Source: Eledone cirrhosa
Taxonomy: Eukaryota
DNA length: 64,000 nucleotides
Direction of reading: 5' to 3'
Assembly (NCBI GenBank): GCA_964016885.1
Contig: OZ024740.1
Coordinates: 182,218,001-182,282,000 of the forward strand
A program made the translations under genes and the position numbers. Of the stretch, positions 37,805 to 51,959 are shown one piece after another. Every line of letters begins with the position of its first letter. Position 1 is the stretch's first letter. Below the pieces are notes generated by a model. The model worked only from the letters and a program-made list of their open reading frames with translations. It was not told the DNA's origin and did not search any database.

Positions 37805-38360
37805 ATATTGTTATACTTTGGGAGGGTCATGTTGCCAATAAGAAGCACAAGCAACAGTTGCTTTCACTTCAATTTATTATAAATTAAATTTATAAATTTT
37901 GGAATTTATAAATTTCCGGTTCGTTGGTTGGTTCCACAACTAGACGATTGTTCATATATTGTCAAATTTCTTTCGTCACACATTCTGTGACCTCTTCAGT
38001 GACTGGGGATTATTTTCTTTTCTTTGTTTTTTGTGCCTCTCCTTTGTTCTGTCCTACGCCATCTTGTTTTTGTGTGTGCTGTGTGCTTAGTTTGCGCATG
38101 TGTTACATCCGGGTGTCTGTGTGTGTTTATATTTGTATATTTATTTATAGAAAAGAATCCCCAGTCACTGAAGAGCTCACAGAATGTGTGACGAAAGAAC
38201 TTTGATAATATATGAACAATCGTCTGGTTGTGGAACCAAACAATCAACCGGAATGTATAAATTCCTAAATTTATAAATTTAATTTATAATAAATTGAAGT
38301 GAAAGCTACTGGTGCGTGTGTTTCTTATTGGCAACAATGCCCTTCCAAAGTATAACAAAC
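37805..38360. mobile_element. Head-to-head pair of family D PLE pseudo-LTRs without ORF
   Basis: 37805-38145 is the reverse complement of about 34200-34540; 38150-38360 is a direct copy of 34340-34540. Confidence 0.9.
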
Positions 38361-38394
38361 AATATATATATATATATATATATAGTAATAATAA

Positions 38395-39942
38395 TAAATT
38401 TGAAGACTAAAATCCAAAGAGGGCTCGATAAGGATAAATATATATCAAATATATAAGAACCGTAGAGCAAATATTTATTAAGATAACAGATTAAAGTTTA
38501 AGCAAAGAATCGCTGCTTTCACACTTAACGGGATCTTCTGATACTAACAAAGTCAATCTGTAAACGCAGAAGTGGATATTTCAAAAAAGGTTGCAACCGG
38601 AAGAAGACAGGAAGACGATACTTTGGTTCGTGGGAACGTTCCCTGGCAAAGAACGGGAAAAAACGAATAACGTCATTAATAGGAGCGGTGAAAAACAATT
38701 ACACGCAAAGACAGGACGACGTTTATGGTATAAAAGAAGTCGTAGACTAATGTTCTCTTAAGTGTCATAGAGACGTTCTCTGACAATGAACGGAAAAAAC
38801 GTCATATATGGAGCGTAGAGAACAATTGCACGCAAAGAAGAAACCACGTAAATGGTATAGCTGAAATCGTAGACTAAAATTCTAACTAGGAAACCGAATG
38901 ATTCTCCGCTCCAGAGTTAAGAATAAAGTAGATAAAATACAACACAGAGGTAATTGAAATGAAATAAATACATACACGCGTCCAAATACGTACATACATA
39001 CGCATACGCGAAAACACTCGCCATTGGTATACAAAACCACGCACATATAAATATGTGTGCGTGTGTGTGTGCGTGTATACAAATAAATAAATAAATAAAT
39101 AATTAAATAATTAAATAAACGTATACAAACCCTATGGCGTATATTTTTATATATTCTGGTACATATGCTTTTGGTTATGTGTATACGGGAGTTTTGCGTC
39201 TGTGTGAGTATGCGGGATCGTACGTATGTTGGGTGTGTGTATGTGTACTTCATGTTTTGGTTGACGTGTATCTCCAAACATTTGTGTATTTACATGTAGG
39301 TATGTGTGTGCGCTTGTATATACGTATTTATTTATTTATATACGTTTATTTCATTATTTAATTATTTATTTATTTGTATACACGCACACACATATATATA
39401 TATATGCGTGGTTTTATATACCTATGGCGAGTGTTTTCGTGTATGTATGTATTTGGATGCGTGTATGTATTTATTTCATTTCAAATTTTATTTACTTTAT
39501 TCTTAACTCTGGAGCGGAGAATCATTCGGTTTCCTAGTTAGAATTTAGTCTACGACTTCAGCCATTTACGTGGTTTCGTTTTTGCTTGCAATTGTTCTCC
39601 ATGCTTCACATATGACGTATTATCTTCGTTTTCTCCGTTCATTGCCAGAGAACGTCTCTATGAACCACCTAAGAGTACATAGGCCTACGACTTCTTTTAT
39701 ACCATAAACGTCGTCCTGTCTTTGCGTGTAATTGTTTTTCACCGCTCCTATTAATGACGTATTCGTTTTTTCCCGTTCTTTGCCAGGAAACGTTTCCACG
39801 AACCAAAGTATCGTCTTCCTGTCCTCGTTTTTTTAAATATCCACTTCAGCGTTTACTGATTGACTTTGTTAGTTTCAGAAGATCCCGTTATGGGTGAAAG
39901 CAGCGATTCTTTGCTTAAACTTTAATCTGTTATTTTAATAAA
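38395..39942. mobile_element. Large fold-back element (arms about 38470-39126 and 39338-39940) with family B motifs at 38495-38545 (-) and 39871-39921 (+)
   Basis: Arms are reverse complements over about 600 bp; TA-flanked. Confidence 0.9.
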
Positions 39943-40052
39943 TATATATATATATATGTATATATATATATCACGAAGGAAATATGGTAAGGAACCAGAT
40001 GGACCATAACGCACCAAAGTACTCAATACTTAGGGTAGTAGAGCGGGTAATA

Positions 40053-40164
40053 GGAACAAGTAGGACCCCGACGGCTGAGCTCAAGCCGTTTCGACGGCTA
40101 ATTCTGAGTCCAGAATTAGCCGTCGAAACGGCTTGAGCTCAGCGGTCGGGGTCCTACTCGTTCC
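40053..40164. repeat. GC-rich 112-bp palindrome
   Basis: GGAACAAGTAGGACCCCGAC...CTAATTCTG agtc CAGAATTAG...GTCGGGGTCCTACTCGTTCC; 4-nt loop. Confidence 0.92.
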
Positions 40165-40166
40165 CA

Positions 40167-40222
<56 letters not shown>

Positions 40223-40240
40223 AATACACATATATATATA

Positions 40241-40324
<84 letters not shown>

Positions 40325-40337
40325 CATATATATATAC

Positions 40338-40368
<31 letters not shown>

Positions 40369-40604
40369 CATATATATATATATATCTTAGGAACGATCGA
40401 CTTTTCGTCAAATCGGACCGAGGGAACAATGTTTCCGTTGGTCTTTCCAATTGCTAATACTATCTATCGGTCGCAACTCCAGGTAGATGGAGCAACGTGA
40501 AATAAAGTGTCTTGCTCAAGGACATAACGCATCGCCTGGTCCAGGAATCGAACTCACAACCGATTGCGAATCCAATTCTCTAACCACTCAGCCACACGCC
40601 TTCA

Positions 40605-41202
<598 letters not shown>

Positions 41203-41435
41203 ACATATATATATAAGAGAGTATTGAAGTTTGCTTGAAGCATTGTGGAATAATAAGCTAAATTTATTTAAGTCGTTTGGAAGCCTCGACAATGCAGATG
41301 GGTAAATCTCCGGGTAACAGGATCCGGTGGTAGAGAGAGAGATGTAAGTGGGTGTACGTTGAGATGTGTGGCATGTATAAGACGTGTAGAGGAATGAAGG
41401 ATAAAAATAAAAATAACAACACGAGAGAGAGTTAC

Positions 41436-41680
41436 CTTGGGAGAGATTTAATTGTCCCTATATATTTCGGATTCACATCCATCAACTGGGGATATTTTCC
41501 GGGGTGGGGGAAAGGTTGTCTGTCGGAAAGGTGCGGAAAGTGTCCTCCGCTGTTCGTTGTTTTGAATATCTGAGGTATTCACCAGAGCGCGCGTGTGCGT
41601 GAAATAGGTCAGCGGTCAGCGGCCGAAGTAGTTCTTTCAATTGTGGGAGTGGGGTGGCGCTAGCTGTTAGTCCATTCTCA
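41436..41680 (-). promoter_or_regulatory. Candidate promoter/first exon of a minus-strand host gene
   Basis: Unique CpG-rich patch; ATG at 41482 gives MDVNPKYIGTIKSLP followed by donor AG|GTAACT; no downstream exon chain could be confirmed. Confidence 0.25.
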
Positions 41681-41737
41681 GCCTGTTTGTTGAATGTTAC
41701 TGTGTGTGTGTGTGCGCGTGTTGTTGTTGTCTCGCTT

Positions 41738-41785
<48 letters not shown>

Positions 41786-42889
41786 GTTGTTGCCTTGTTC
41801 CTCTGTATTGGCAGTGTAGTATGTTCGTATGGTGGAATGCTACTGTGTGTGTGCGTGTGTTGCTGTCTCGCTTGTGTGTGTGTATGCGTGTGTTGCTGCA
41901 TCGTTTGTTAACTTCTGAGTTCAAATCTTACTGAGGTTGACTATACCTGTAGTCTTTCCATTGAACTATTTGTGTTGATTATGTTGAATACACTGATACC
42001 CCAAACATTTTTATCCCTGTGATTTTGTTAAAAAGCACCTTACTGTTCTAATTCATACACAGACACACTTGTGCAGATTAATAATGAATTGTTTGACCTT
42101 TTGATCTGAGGCATCCATTAATATGTAATTCACCTTATTGATTTTTGTCCGAAAGAGAATAGTTGATTTTATTGAAACCAGAGTTTGACAAGTAATTCTT
42201 TCATCAGCCACAGAAAGATAAATAGCAAAATTGAATTTAAAATGCAAAGGAGGGCCTACACGTAAATACTGCAAGGTAATTCAGAAACATTATCACCCAA
42301 ATATTATTGTTATTATATTGACTCTTTCCATTCTGACTTCAAATCCAGTTGAGTTCAAATTTGCCTTTTATCCTACCAATGTCAATCAAATAAAGTACCA
42401 ATCAAGTACAGTGCATTGAGCAATCGATTGTTTCACTCCCTTCACACTAAATTGCTAGACTTGTACCTGGCATTATAGGTTAAGAATAGGACCAAATCCT
42501 TTGTGGTATTTAATAACAACACTCTACATTCTAATCTCAATTCCTGCTGATGTCACCTTTTCATATTTCCTGCTTAAAATATAGTAACCGTTATATACTG
42601 AAGTTAATATAATTGACATCCCCTCCTGCCAAATTGCTAGCCTTGGGTCTAAATTAGAAACAATGATTATTATTGTTCATTTTTGTAAATCCCAGACACT
42701 TAGATGTTAAACTATCTGGACATTTCAGTTAGGGATTAGTCAACAACAAATTAACATAGGTCCCTCACTGCATCCTCTCCTGTGCTCCACAGAAACTAGA
42801 GAATCCTTAAAATCTTTGCAATTGCAATAAGTGCTGTTTTCTGCATGAACTGTGACCTTGCAGCAATTATCCCCTCCCCCCTCATCATT

Positions 42890-42925
<36 letters not shown>

Positions 42926-43009
42926 TTCATCATCATCACCACCATCACCACCACCACCAACACCACCAACAACAACAACACAACAGCAACAATAATAATA
43001 ACAATAATA

Positions 43010-44930
43010 ATGCTTTCTTTATTAACCACAAGGGTTTACACAAAGTAAAATATTAAGGACAGTACAGGACAATACAGGACGGTACAAATGGGGATATCTG
43101 CATGTAAAAAAAAGAAAAAAAAAGGATGTAACAAAAAAGGAACAATGAAAAATTCCCCAATAGGGAGGAGACTTCCGAGGGACATCGTGTAGAAAGCCCA
43201 TTAAAAAAATCCACGGTGACCCTGACCACCAGGGCAAGTGCCCTCTCCCAGTTTTCCACCTTCAATTTACAGACACATACTCAGATTAGGCCCATTCACT
43301 CGGGCCGTTCTTCCTCTCTCACCCATCTTTCAACAAAATGCTGGGAAGAGAGCACTTCCCTCTCTACCCTGATTTTCCTTTTCAAATGAAATTTGAAAAA
43401 GTTAATCAGGGTGTCACCGAAGAGGTAAGTGCTCGTCTTCAGCCCTTTCAGACATGTCCACGATACTATCTCTTTCGCCATGGCCACCAGTCAGATAAAA
43501 ACTGCCTGCCCTTCCCGGTTAAAGGAAGAGGGCGGGGCAATCCTCACGATGGACTCAGCTCATAGCTGGATCCGTTCTCCACGCGACAGCAGGTGTTCGA
43601 CATAAACCCACAAGTCAGCAATGCTCGGACACTGGACGAGTGCGTGCAGGACGGTTTCGTCACCCTGCGCGCATCTCGGACATGCCCGGCTGACAGCACT
43701 TCCATGCCTGTAGAGTTTATCCCGAACTGGCAAAGCTCCTCGGTAGCACTGCCAGACCAGGGATTTCTGGTAATTGTCCATAAGCCCCGGCCCGAAAGTT
43801 CTTCCGAAGAGATTGGCTAGTTGATTTTCGTCGACTCCTAGAGTTTTCCCAAGTATATTGTCGCTCTTTCCCTCCACTAATCCTCAATAGAACGCTGTGA
43901 ATGTCTGAAGACATTCCAGTCTCCAAGCGCTCCCTCTCAGTCTTCGTTTGACCCAGCACTGCAGCTCCGTCAGGGAGACAAGCTGGGGAAAGACGTGTCT
44001 AGCAAATGGCGACCACACCTGATCACCGTCGAGGAAGAGGTGGAGATGTTGTAGCCTGAGCGCGTGTTTGCGCATCATCAGCCATGGCATGCCCAGCCCT
44101 CCACGTAGCGGGTGTTGACAGCATATGGACCACCTGACCATCGGAGCGCATCCCTTCCACAAAAAGCAAAAGGGCAAACGCTCCAGCGCAGTCAGGCGAG
44201 GCTTAGGACAAGGCACGACGGTCAGCTGGTAGTATATGAGAGACGCGATGTATGCATTCGCCACCTCCGCTTGACCTTTCAGGGATAGCTTCCTCTCTGC
44301 CCATTTCTGGGTGAGAGAAACCACTCTGCTCGTCCCCTCGTCCCAGTTTTTGTCCGTCTCCAGGTCCGGACCGAACTAGACCCCTAGCAATATAACCGGT
44401 CCATCTGTCCAGCGCCCAACGACACTGTTGGATGGCATGGACCTGCCTCTCCTGGTACCGAGCTGCAGGCCCACCGACTTTTCCTGGTTGATCATTGCTC
44501 CTGTCACAGCTTCGTATTCTCTTAGTGTAGTGCCGATCGCGTCGATGTGTTTGGCCTTTGACACCACTAAGGTGACATCGTCCACATATGCTGACATGGA
44601 TCTTCCGCATACTAGTTCGCGCGGGACCCCCCCCCCCCCCCACTCAACGTCTCCAGTTTGTGCAATAATGGCTCGAGAGTCAATACATAAAAGAGGGAAG
44701 AGAGGGAACATCCTTGGTGGACCGAGCGCATGATGTTGAACAGTTCCGAAAGGTGACTGTTCACTCTCACCACAGAGAAGATGTTGCTGTGCATGGCAGC
44801 GATCCAGCCTCTGAAGACGGGCCCAGAGCCAGCCGCCCTCAGGACTGCCGCCAGATAACGATATTCAACCCTATCAAAATCTTTTGACTAATCTAAATTG
44901 ATCAAGGACCCACCCGTGCCAGGGTCCCTA
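43010..44930 (-). pseudogene. 5'-truncated Tx1/L1-clade LINE ORF2 (RT, C-terminal Zn knuckle) with 3' UTR
   Basis: LINLD*SKDFDRV, VHQGCSLSSLFYVLTLEPL, AYVDDVT, WAERKLSLKG, GGLGMP, CPRCAQGDETVLHALVQC; several frameshifts and stops. Confidence 0.92.
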
Positions 44931-44957
44931 GCATCATCATCATCACCACCACCACCG

Positions 44958-45022
<65 letters not shown>

Positions 45023-45034
45023 AATAACAACAAT

Positions 45035-45220
45035 AATTGTTTCTACTTTAGGCACAAGGCCAGCAATTAAACAGTGCATTACTGGTACTTTATTTTATCG
45101 ACCCCGTAAGGATGAAAGGCAACGTCAACCTCGGCGGGATTTGAACTCAGATCGTAAAGGGACGTAACTATGCTGGAAAGCATGGCGTCCGACCCTCCAC
45201 CGATACTGCTAATCCACCAT
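45035..45220 (-). mobile_element. tRNA-derived SINE family 1
   Basis: Reverse complement of 56444-56630. Confidence 0.88.
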
Positions 45221-46275
45221 AATAATATTATCATTTCTTTTTAGTAGTGAGTCATGGACCTTTCATAATCTAGACAATGAAAAAATGTCTATTTATTGTA
45301 AATAACTGATATTAACAAATTATAAAAGTTATATTTTTGTTAGATGTTTTTTCCTGATTATCATATTCCTTTGTATACAATACCTCCCATTTATGTTTCT
45401 ATGTGTGTTTTACCTTTTTAATATTTTTGTTTGTTTGTTATTTTGGGTTGTAATATCACATTTTCAACATGAAAATTCTTCAGGTCTTTCACTTTGATAT
45501 TAGGATTAATGCCTCAGTCTTGTTGATTATATGTTGTAGGTTTGCTACTTCAATATACTACACATTCAGAGATTGTTACTGGTGATTGATGTTGATTAAC
45601 ATCATTGTCAGCTGACTTACAATGCACATAGGTCAGTACACTCATAGAAATATTTCTTCCTTTTCATACCAACTCACCCCAAATTATTTCTGTTGTTTTT
45701 TTAAACCAAACCAAACATTTTAAATTATAACCTTTCAACATAATTTTATAGAAGAATCTTCTGTTAACTTGCTTTCTAAGTAATGAAATAATTAATTATT
45801 TTAGTAAGTCCCTCCAAGTTCTTTCATTCAAATATAGTGTATATCACTAAAAATATAGTCAGGAAAGGGTTATATTTCAGGCTCCTTTAGTTCCAAAATA
45901 GCTAAACCATTAGTAAAGATTTGCATCTTTTCTTTATTTGTTATATACTTTTTACCAGTTTCAGTCTTTTTGTCACTCAATTATGTGAAACCAGTATTTT
46001 GTCTGTTTGTTAATTTAATTAGGCTTAGAAAGAAGATAAACTTTTCCTGTGCATAATGACACATTACCAGAATGTCAAATGATCTACCAATATTACCAAA
46101 TTGCTGATATGTATGAGTGTGTATAAATATATCTGCATACACATACACACACACGACACATGCACACACACGACCCATATCCATTCACCCCCCACCCACC
46201 CCACACACACACATATGTATATATATATATACAATGATATTAAATAAATGGAAACTATATTTATAAAACCATATT

Positions 46276-46340
46276 TATTTTATTATATATATTTCAAGGG
46301 CAACCAAGACAACATTGGTACGCTTTCATCAGATAAAATA
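46276..46340 (-). ncRNA. Type I hammerhead ribozyme (family A)
   Basis: Reverse complement of 46457-46521. Confidence 0.85.
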
Positions 46341-46456
46341 CAAAGTTTGTTTTATAAATAGAGACATACCCATGAAAATCATACCTTATCGGTTGGAATT
46401 CACTGGAATAAGGTATGATTTTCATGGGCATGTCTGTATTTATAAAACAAACTTTG

Positions 46457-46521
46457 TATTTTATCTGATGAAAGCGTACCAATGTTGTCTTGGTTGCCCT
46501 TGAAATATATATAATAAAATA
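46457..46521 (+). ncRNA. Type I hammerhead ribozyme (family A)
   Basis: TATTTTAT-CTGATGA-AAG cgt ACCAA tgttgtc TTGGT tgcc CTT-GAAA-TATATA-TA^-ATAAAATA; 8-bp stem I, palindromic stem III. Confidence 0.85.
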
Positions 46522-48305
46522 AATATGGTTTTATAAATATAGTTTCTCATTTATTTAATATCATTGAATATTTACTCCAGTAGTATGTTCAGTGCTCTAA
46601 ATCAGTTATAAACGTTTATATTTGTTGGACTTCCAACAAATTAAATACCACTTCTACTTATATATATATATATATATATATATAAACAAATCAAATGTGA
46701 AGTGAGCTGTTGTTGATGTAAATCACAGGTCTTCTTTTAAATCTCTAATAAACATATACAATAATCTGTCAGTTTTTTCTAGTGATACTCTAGGCTAATA
46801 GCTTAGCACTGGTAACAATTTGTTGTGCATCATCTTATGAAGTCTGTATGATACATCTAAGGCAGGACATATCTCATTATAAACATTATAATGCATGACC
46901 TGAAGAAGAGAAGAGAAGATATAAATCACAGTGTTGTTGTCTTTGTCATAAAAACACATAAAATACAGAGTCCCAGTAAACTTGTCGTGGCCTACATTGG
47001 CAAACATTAAACTGTAAAGTTCATCAGAATGATAGAAACAGTGATTATAGCCCAAAGGACAAAAACTATAACCAAATTTATTCTTGATCATATGCTGACC
47101 ATAATTCATATTTGATTTATTTTTGTTCTGCTTAATGTCTCCAGAAGTTCAATAAATGAGTAGTTCCCCACTAATTAGACTAGGAAGCTTAAAGAATTAT
47201 TTATGGGCATCTTTGACTACATTTGGTCCCTTTTTCTGCCTTCAGCTATAGCTGCCATTCATAAGAATCACATAATTTTGTTCTAATAATCAAACTGCAA
47301 TAAATTACACACCAGAAGCTTTTATTTCAATCTCTCGTTGCGCCTTCATGCATCATGAAAATAAATTATATGCTGAGTTATTCATAGTCAAGAATTTATA
47401 TTTAACTAAGTTTTTTCAGTGGAAAGCATTATATAATTGAAACAAAGCATAGTATAGTAAAGGTGTTGATGTGATATACAAAATAAGCACTGGACTAAAT
47501 GAATGTAATTCCATTCGATAATGAAGTAATTTCAACTGACAATAATTTCACATTCCAAACGATTGGCTTTGAGCAACTGTGAGAAATGTTTGTTGTTATT
47601 ATTGTAATCTACAAAAATGATGGAGCCTCTATGTAGTTGCTTTCCCTGTTAGAAATAGCTGCTAATATTGCCCTAAAGCACACTTCTACAATTTTATAGG
47701 TGCACATGTTAGCAAATGAAGGCTTATATTCCTCTAAAAAGACTAGAATCATCAGGACCAAACAACAACAAAAATGATCTTTTAGGTAAAATACTGCAAT
47801 CACATTTCATTCAACAGCATAATTCTGCCAATCCACGACCTTAAATAATAATAACAATTATAATGTTTATTTCTTTTTTTACTGAAAGATCTTTGCTTGC
47901 ATTGAATTTCATTAAAATGTTTGAGAAACACAGCATGCTTTTATTTTATTCAGATGGTAATTATACTTGAAACTATGGATATTTATGTACTACATAGTAA
48001 AGCAAGAACCATGATTTGATAATGATTCAGCTTAAAATGTTTGTTTTCTTCACAACTGAATTCTAGAAGTGAGTGATATACTTCTTGAGATGAAGAAACA
48101 TGTATAATCATTTGTGCAAGAGATTTTGGTAATTTTCCTTATAAATGCATTACTTTGGTTGTAACCATAGGGAAGATATCTAGCGCACAGTAATTTGGAA
48201 ATCTATCTCAGATTTTGCAATAGAAACACTTCCTAAGTTTCTCAATGTTCAATATGTAAAAGCTTGAAGCAATATTGCATTACAGCTGTTTGTTGTGTCA
48301 TTCAC

Positions 48306-48419
48306 CTTTAAAGTAGCTACTTTCTGTATAATCACTATCTGGCTGAAAGCTATATCTTTCATAGATATCCTGCTGTTTTTCCAATGCATTTACTGCCTGC
48401 AACAAATTGTCATTTCGGC
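48306..48419 (-). CDS. Candidate internal exon of an unidentified host gene
   Basis: Acceptor cttctactttacag|, 114-nt open phase 1-1 exon (G)RNDNLLQAVNALEKQQDIYERYSFQPDSDYTESSYFK, donor |gtgaat; could splice to ttctcttcttcag| near 46900 giving GHAL*. Confidence 0.4.
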
Positions 48420-48689
48420 CTGTAAAGTAGAAGTTGTAAAATTTCAATCTTTTCTTTAATGCATTATTAATAGGCATATGTAATACCACACCTTTGCCTT
48501 ACTATATGTATTAAGATACAAACTTCAGTTTGTTATGTAACCCAAATGAAGTAGAATAGAGGTGTTATAAACCAACTTGAGTGATTCATTTGTTTAAAGT
48601 GTCATTACCATCATCCTTTTACATGAATTTGCCACATCAACATGGGTTTGGTGGGTTATTATAATCTGGTACGGTTATTATTCTTTGCT

Positions 48690-49620
48690 CACTTAATCTT
48701 GAGAGGGTCATGGGGCGAAAGTTCTCAAACACGTCTTCCAGCAGGTCCTGTCAGAAGCAAACATTTCCACTTGATCTAACTGCATCCTCAAGCAAGACAA
48801 GCAGAGATCATGGATGTTATCGAACAATCTTGCTCGGGTCTACCCCTGAGTCTCCTGCCGATTGATTTTACCTATCAAATCTATCAAGCGATTCTTTCCT
48901 GAGACATTCTAACCACATGCCCATAGTGTCGAAGCTGTGACCTCTCAATTTGCAGAAGTAGTGACTCTCCCATGAGTGACTGTTTGATCTCCGACCTATG
49001 CACTCTGTTGAGTAACATTACTCCAAAGACTCTTCAGAGAAACTCCATTTTGGCCACTTCTATTTACAGGCATATTCTATCAGTCATGAACATAGCTAAC
49101 AGTTGGCACAAATAATGATTTGAAGATAGTGAATATGGCTTTTACACCTACTTCCTTACCAAATGCTAAAACTCGCACATGTTTGCACCTTGTTCTTATT
49201 TCAGGCTCATGTCTTCCATCACTCATGAACATAGCCTAAAGGTACTTGAACATTTTGACCTGCTTCAGTGGAACTCCATTCACATGTAGAGTGCACTGTG
49301 CAGTCTTCCTTGACAGGACAAATGTCTTAGATTTTGCAGCACCAATTTTCATTCCAGCCATACAGCACGTGGTATCAAACCTATCAAGTGCAAGTCAGAA
49401 ATCACCTTCTGTCAAGTCAAGTAATACTATGTCATCTGCAAATTCAGCCAACTGATTCTACACCTGCTAGTCATGATATCACTTCCAACCCGGCTGCAAA
49501 AGTCAGTCTTGTTCAGGAAAATAATGAACAGGAGAGGTGACAGTACACACCCTTCGCAGAGTCTGACTCCCACATTGAATGGATTAGATTTAGCACCATT
49601 TATTCAAACACAAATACTTT
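48690..49620 (-). pseudogene. Old degenerate RTE-type LINE RT fragment (different family)
   Basis: PFNVGVRLCEGCVLSPLLFIIF, FADDIVLL, KQVKMFKYL, RSQLRHYGHVVRM with many lesions. Confidence 0.8.
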
Positions 49621-51959
49621 GGTTTCAATAACAAAATTAAATACATACCAGATGCATATGATTTGCACAAGGATACATCACATTGGAAGCTAACTAAACC
49701 AGAAATAAACCCTGATTCACGGAAACCAATGAAATGGAAACCAGTAAAGCTTTAAGTAGTGACCATGCCAGAATTCATGTACATCTAAAAGCTAACAATA
49801 CCAACCTACTAAAATAAATCCCCTCTAGAACATTTCTCTAGTATAACGCTCCATATGGCACCCAGACTTAAACTAAAATAATAGATAAAAACTTCCCACC
49901 ATCTCATAGTTACCACAAAATCCTTAATAGATGAACCATCAGACTCTCCTACTTTACTACCATGAACTATGAACTATGAAACCTATCTTAAACTGTAAAT
50001 GGCTGAGCATCTATAACAAAAACACTCCCTCACCACAACATTCTGACAGCATCAATGGCACCTGATCTAACAACATTATAACACAATTGAGACTAAATGA
50101 TAATAACCACATCCCTGCAGCTTACTTATAAAACACACTAACACAACATACTCAACTGCAAGCTCCTTTGTCGTCCCCAATTAACACAGGGACAAGATCT
50201 GATTACAAGCAATATCATGCAAGCAACTATAACTGTAGACAACATCAAATTTGCCACCTAGAGGTTAGTTACATGATTTCTTTTTATCTATGCTCACATA
50301 GGTTGGATACATCATTTCTAGCACATCATCTTGCCACTTTGCATGATCCTTTTTCATCTCATAAACAGGTACAGAGAACACTGCCAGTCTTCTGTATAGC
50401 ATAATTTTTACAGTTAAATGCCTTTGTTATTGTCAAACACCTCACCACATTTTGGCAGGACTGTGAATGTATTTACATCATCCTACAGAAATATTACTAT
50501 GCTACCATTTGTTCAAGTTACGTTTCTTAATCTATGTGTTGAAGCAGGCATAGCTCTATGTTGAAGAAATTTGCTTCACCACCAGAAAGATTAGGGGTTT
50601 GGTTTGATCATGCTGAATGGTATCTTGTTCAAGTGTTTCCTACTATAATAGCTTAGAACATTCTTAATCATAGATCTGCTAAGTCAAAACAGACCAGGAG
50701 TTAAAACAACAATAACACCAACCACATAAAATAGAGGCTTCCTTGCTAGCTCTTTCAATTTTATAATCCCATGAGCATTTATCTGACAGGTTATAAATCA
50801 TTCATACTCCAACTAGACACATTAGTAAAAGTAAATGAAAATAGTGACTAATACATTTTTTATTTGTTGCTTATATATACTTTCCACCACTTTTATAATT
50901 ACCAAATGCACCATGGGTTTTGCCAAGGATGTTGCTGTCAGTGATAAGATAGTTGAAGTGTCAGGCAAAGCAGCTTCTAGATCAGGGATGTGGCAACAAA
51001 TTGCACTAGGAATAGTTCATGGCAATGTTTTGTGTGTCAATGCAATGTTGCAATATTGTTGGCTCCCATCCTCTTCTTTTGTATATATTTAAATTAAAAA
51101 ATATAGTTAAATAAAAGAAAAAATGTATTTAATGACCAATTCCATAAGGTTTAATTTGTAACAGTCTTCTAGGTAGTATATTGAATTTTTGCTGCAACAT
51201 GTATATTTTTCTTTTCTTTTTGTATTTATTTATTTGGCACATTGAGTAGTGAAATATATATCAAATCTATGTTGAATGTCTCTATGTAGCATCTTTCTTT
51301 GTCAAGTGATACGTGCATTGACAGCAATTACATGTCTCATGGCAATGATAGATCTTATTACAAAATAATATTATTTCCTCTTTTAATCGAAATGAAAATT
51401 TGTTGCATTTCTATTGGTATTGAAACTTGTAAGCTTGTATACAATATATCATATGGTTGAGAATTTCACTTCACAATGATATGGTTGAACCATGAGCAAA
51501 TGTCTATCCAAAGGCATAACCAGAGTGAATATCACCTATAGCAAGCAGTAAAAATGCTCTCTTGCCCAAAGATAATAATTTATACAAATCGTTTAATGAT
51601 CCAGCCACCATAGTGCTTGTCACCCATGATAATCAAAGACAGATCATACATCTGAAAAAGTTTCTTTTTTCAATCTCAGACAATAGACAACTAACTTTAA
51701 TGGAAAGTGTTCCTACTCCAAGTTGCATCCCACCCCTTTAAGTGGTGTGCATGGCAAGTGGCATGCATACCATACTCTAGTTATGCCTTTGTGTCTATCC
51801 CTATATCAACAACTATAATTAAAGTTATGTTTCACTGAGGCGGTCTAATGAAACCAAAATATGCTACATTTGTTTCCTATATGCTAAATGATTACAATGA
51901 TATTAGACTTTGACCTAATGTCTTTTAATCACATCTAAGTATTGCTCATGAGATATTAA

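Larger units (their letters stand above)
46232..46566. mobile_element. 335-bp near-perfect palindrome with a hammerhead on each strand
   Basis: Arms 46232-46389 and 46408-46566 with about 2 differences; centre at GAATTC 46396-46401. Confidence 0.95.

Noticed and set aside
38395-39942. MITE or DNA transposon interpretation of the fold-backs
   Set aside because: Arms are unequal at the outer ends and carry hammerhead-like motifs, and related fold-backs adjoin PLE ORFs; TSDs cannot be assessed within (TA)n, so this is disfavoured rather than excluded
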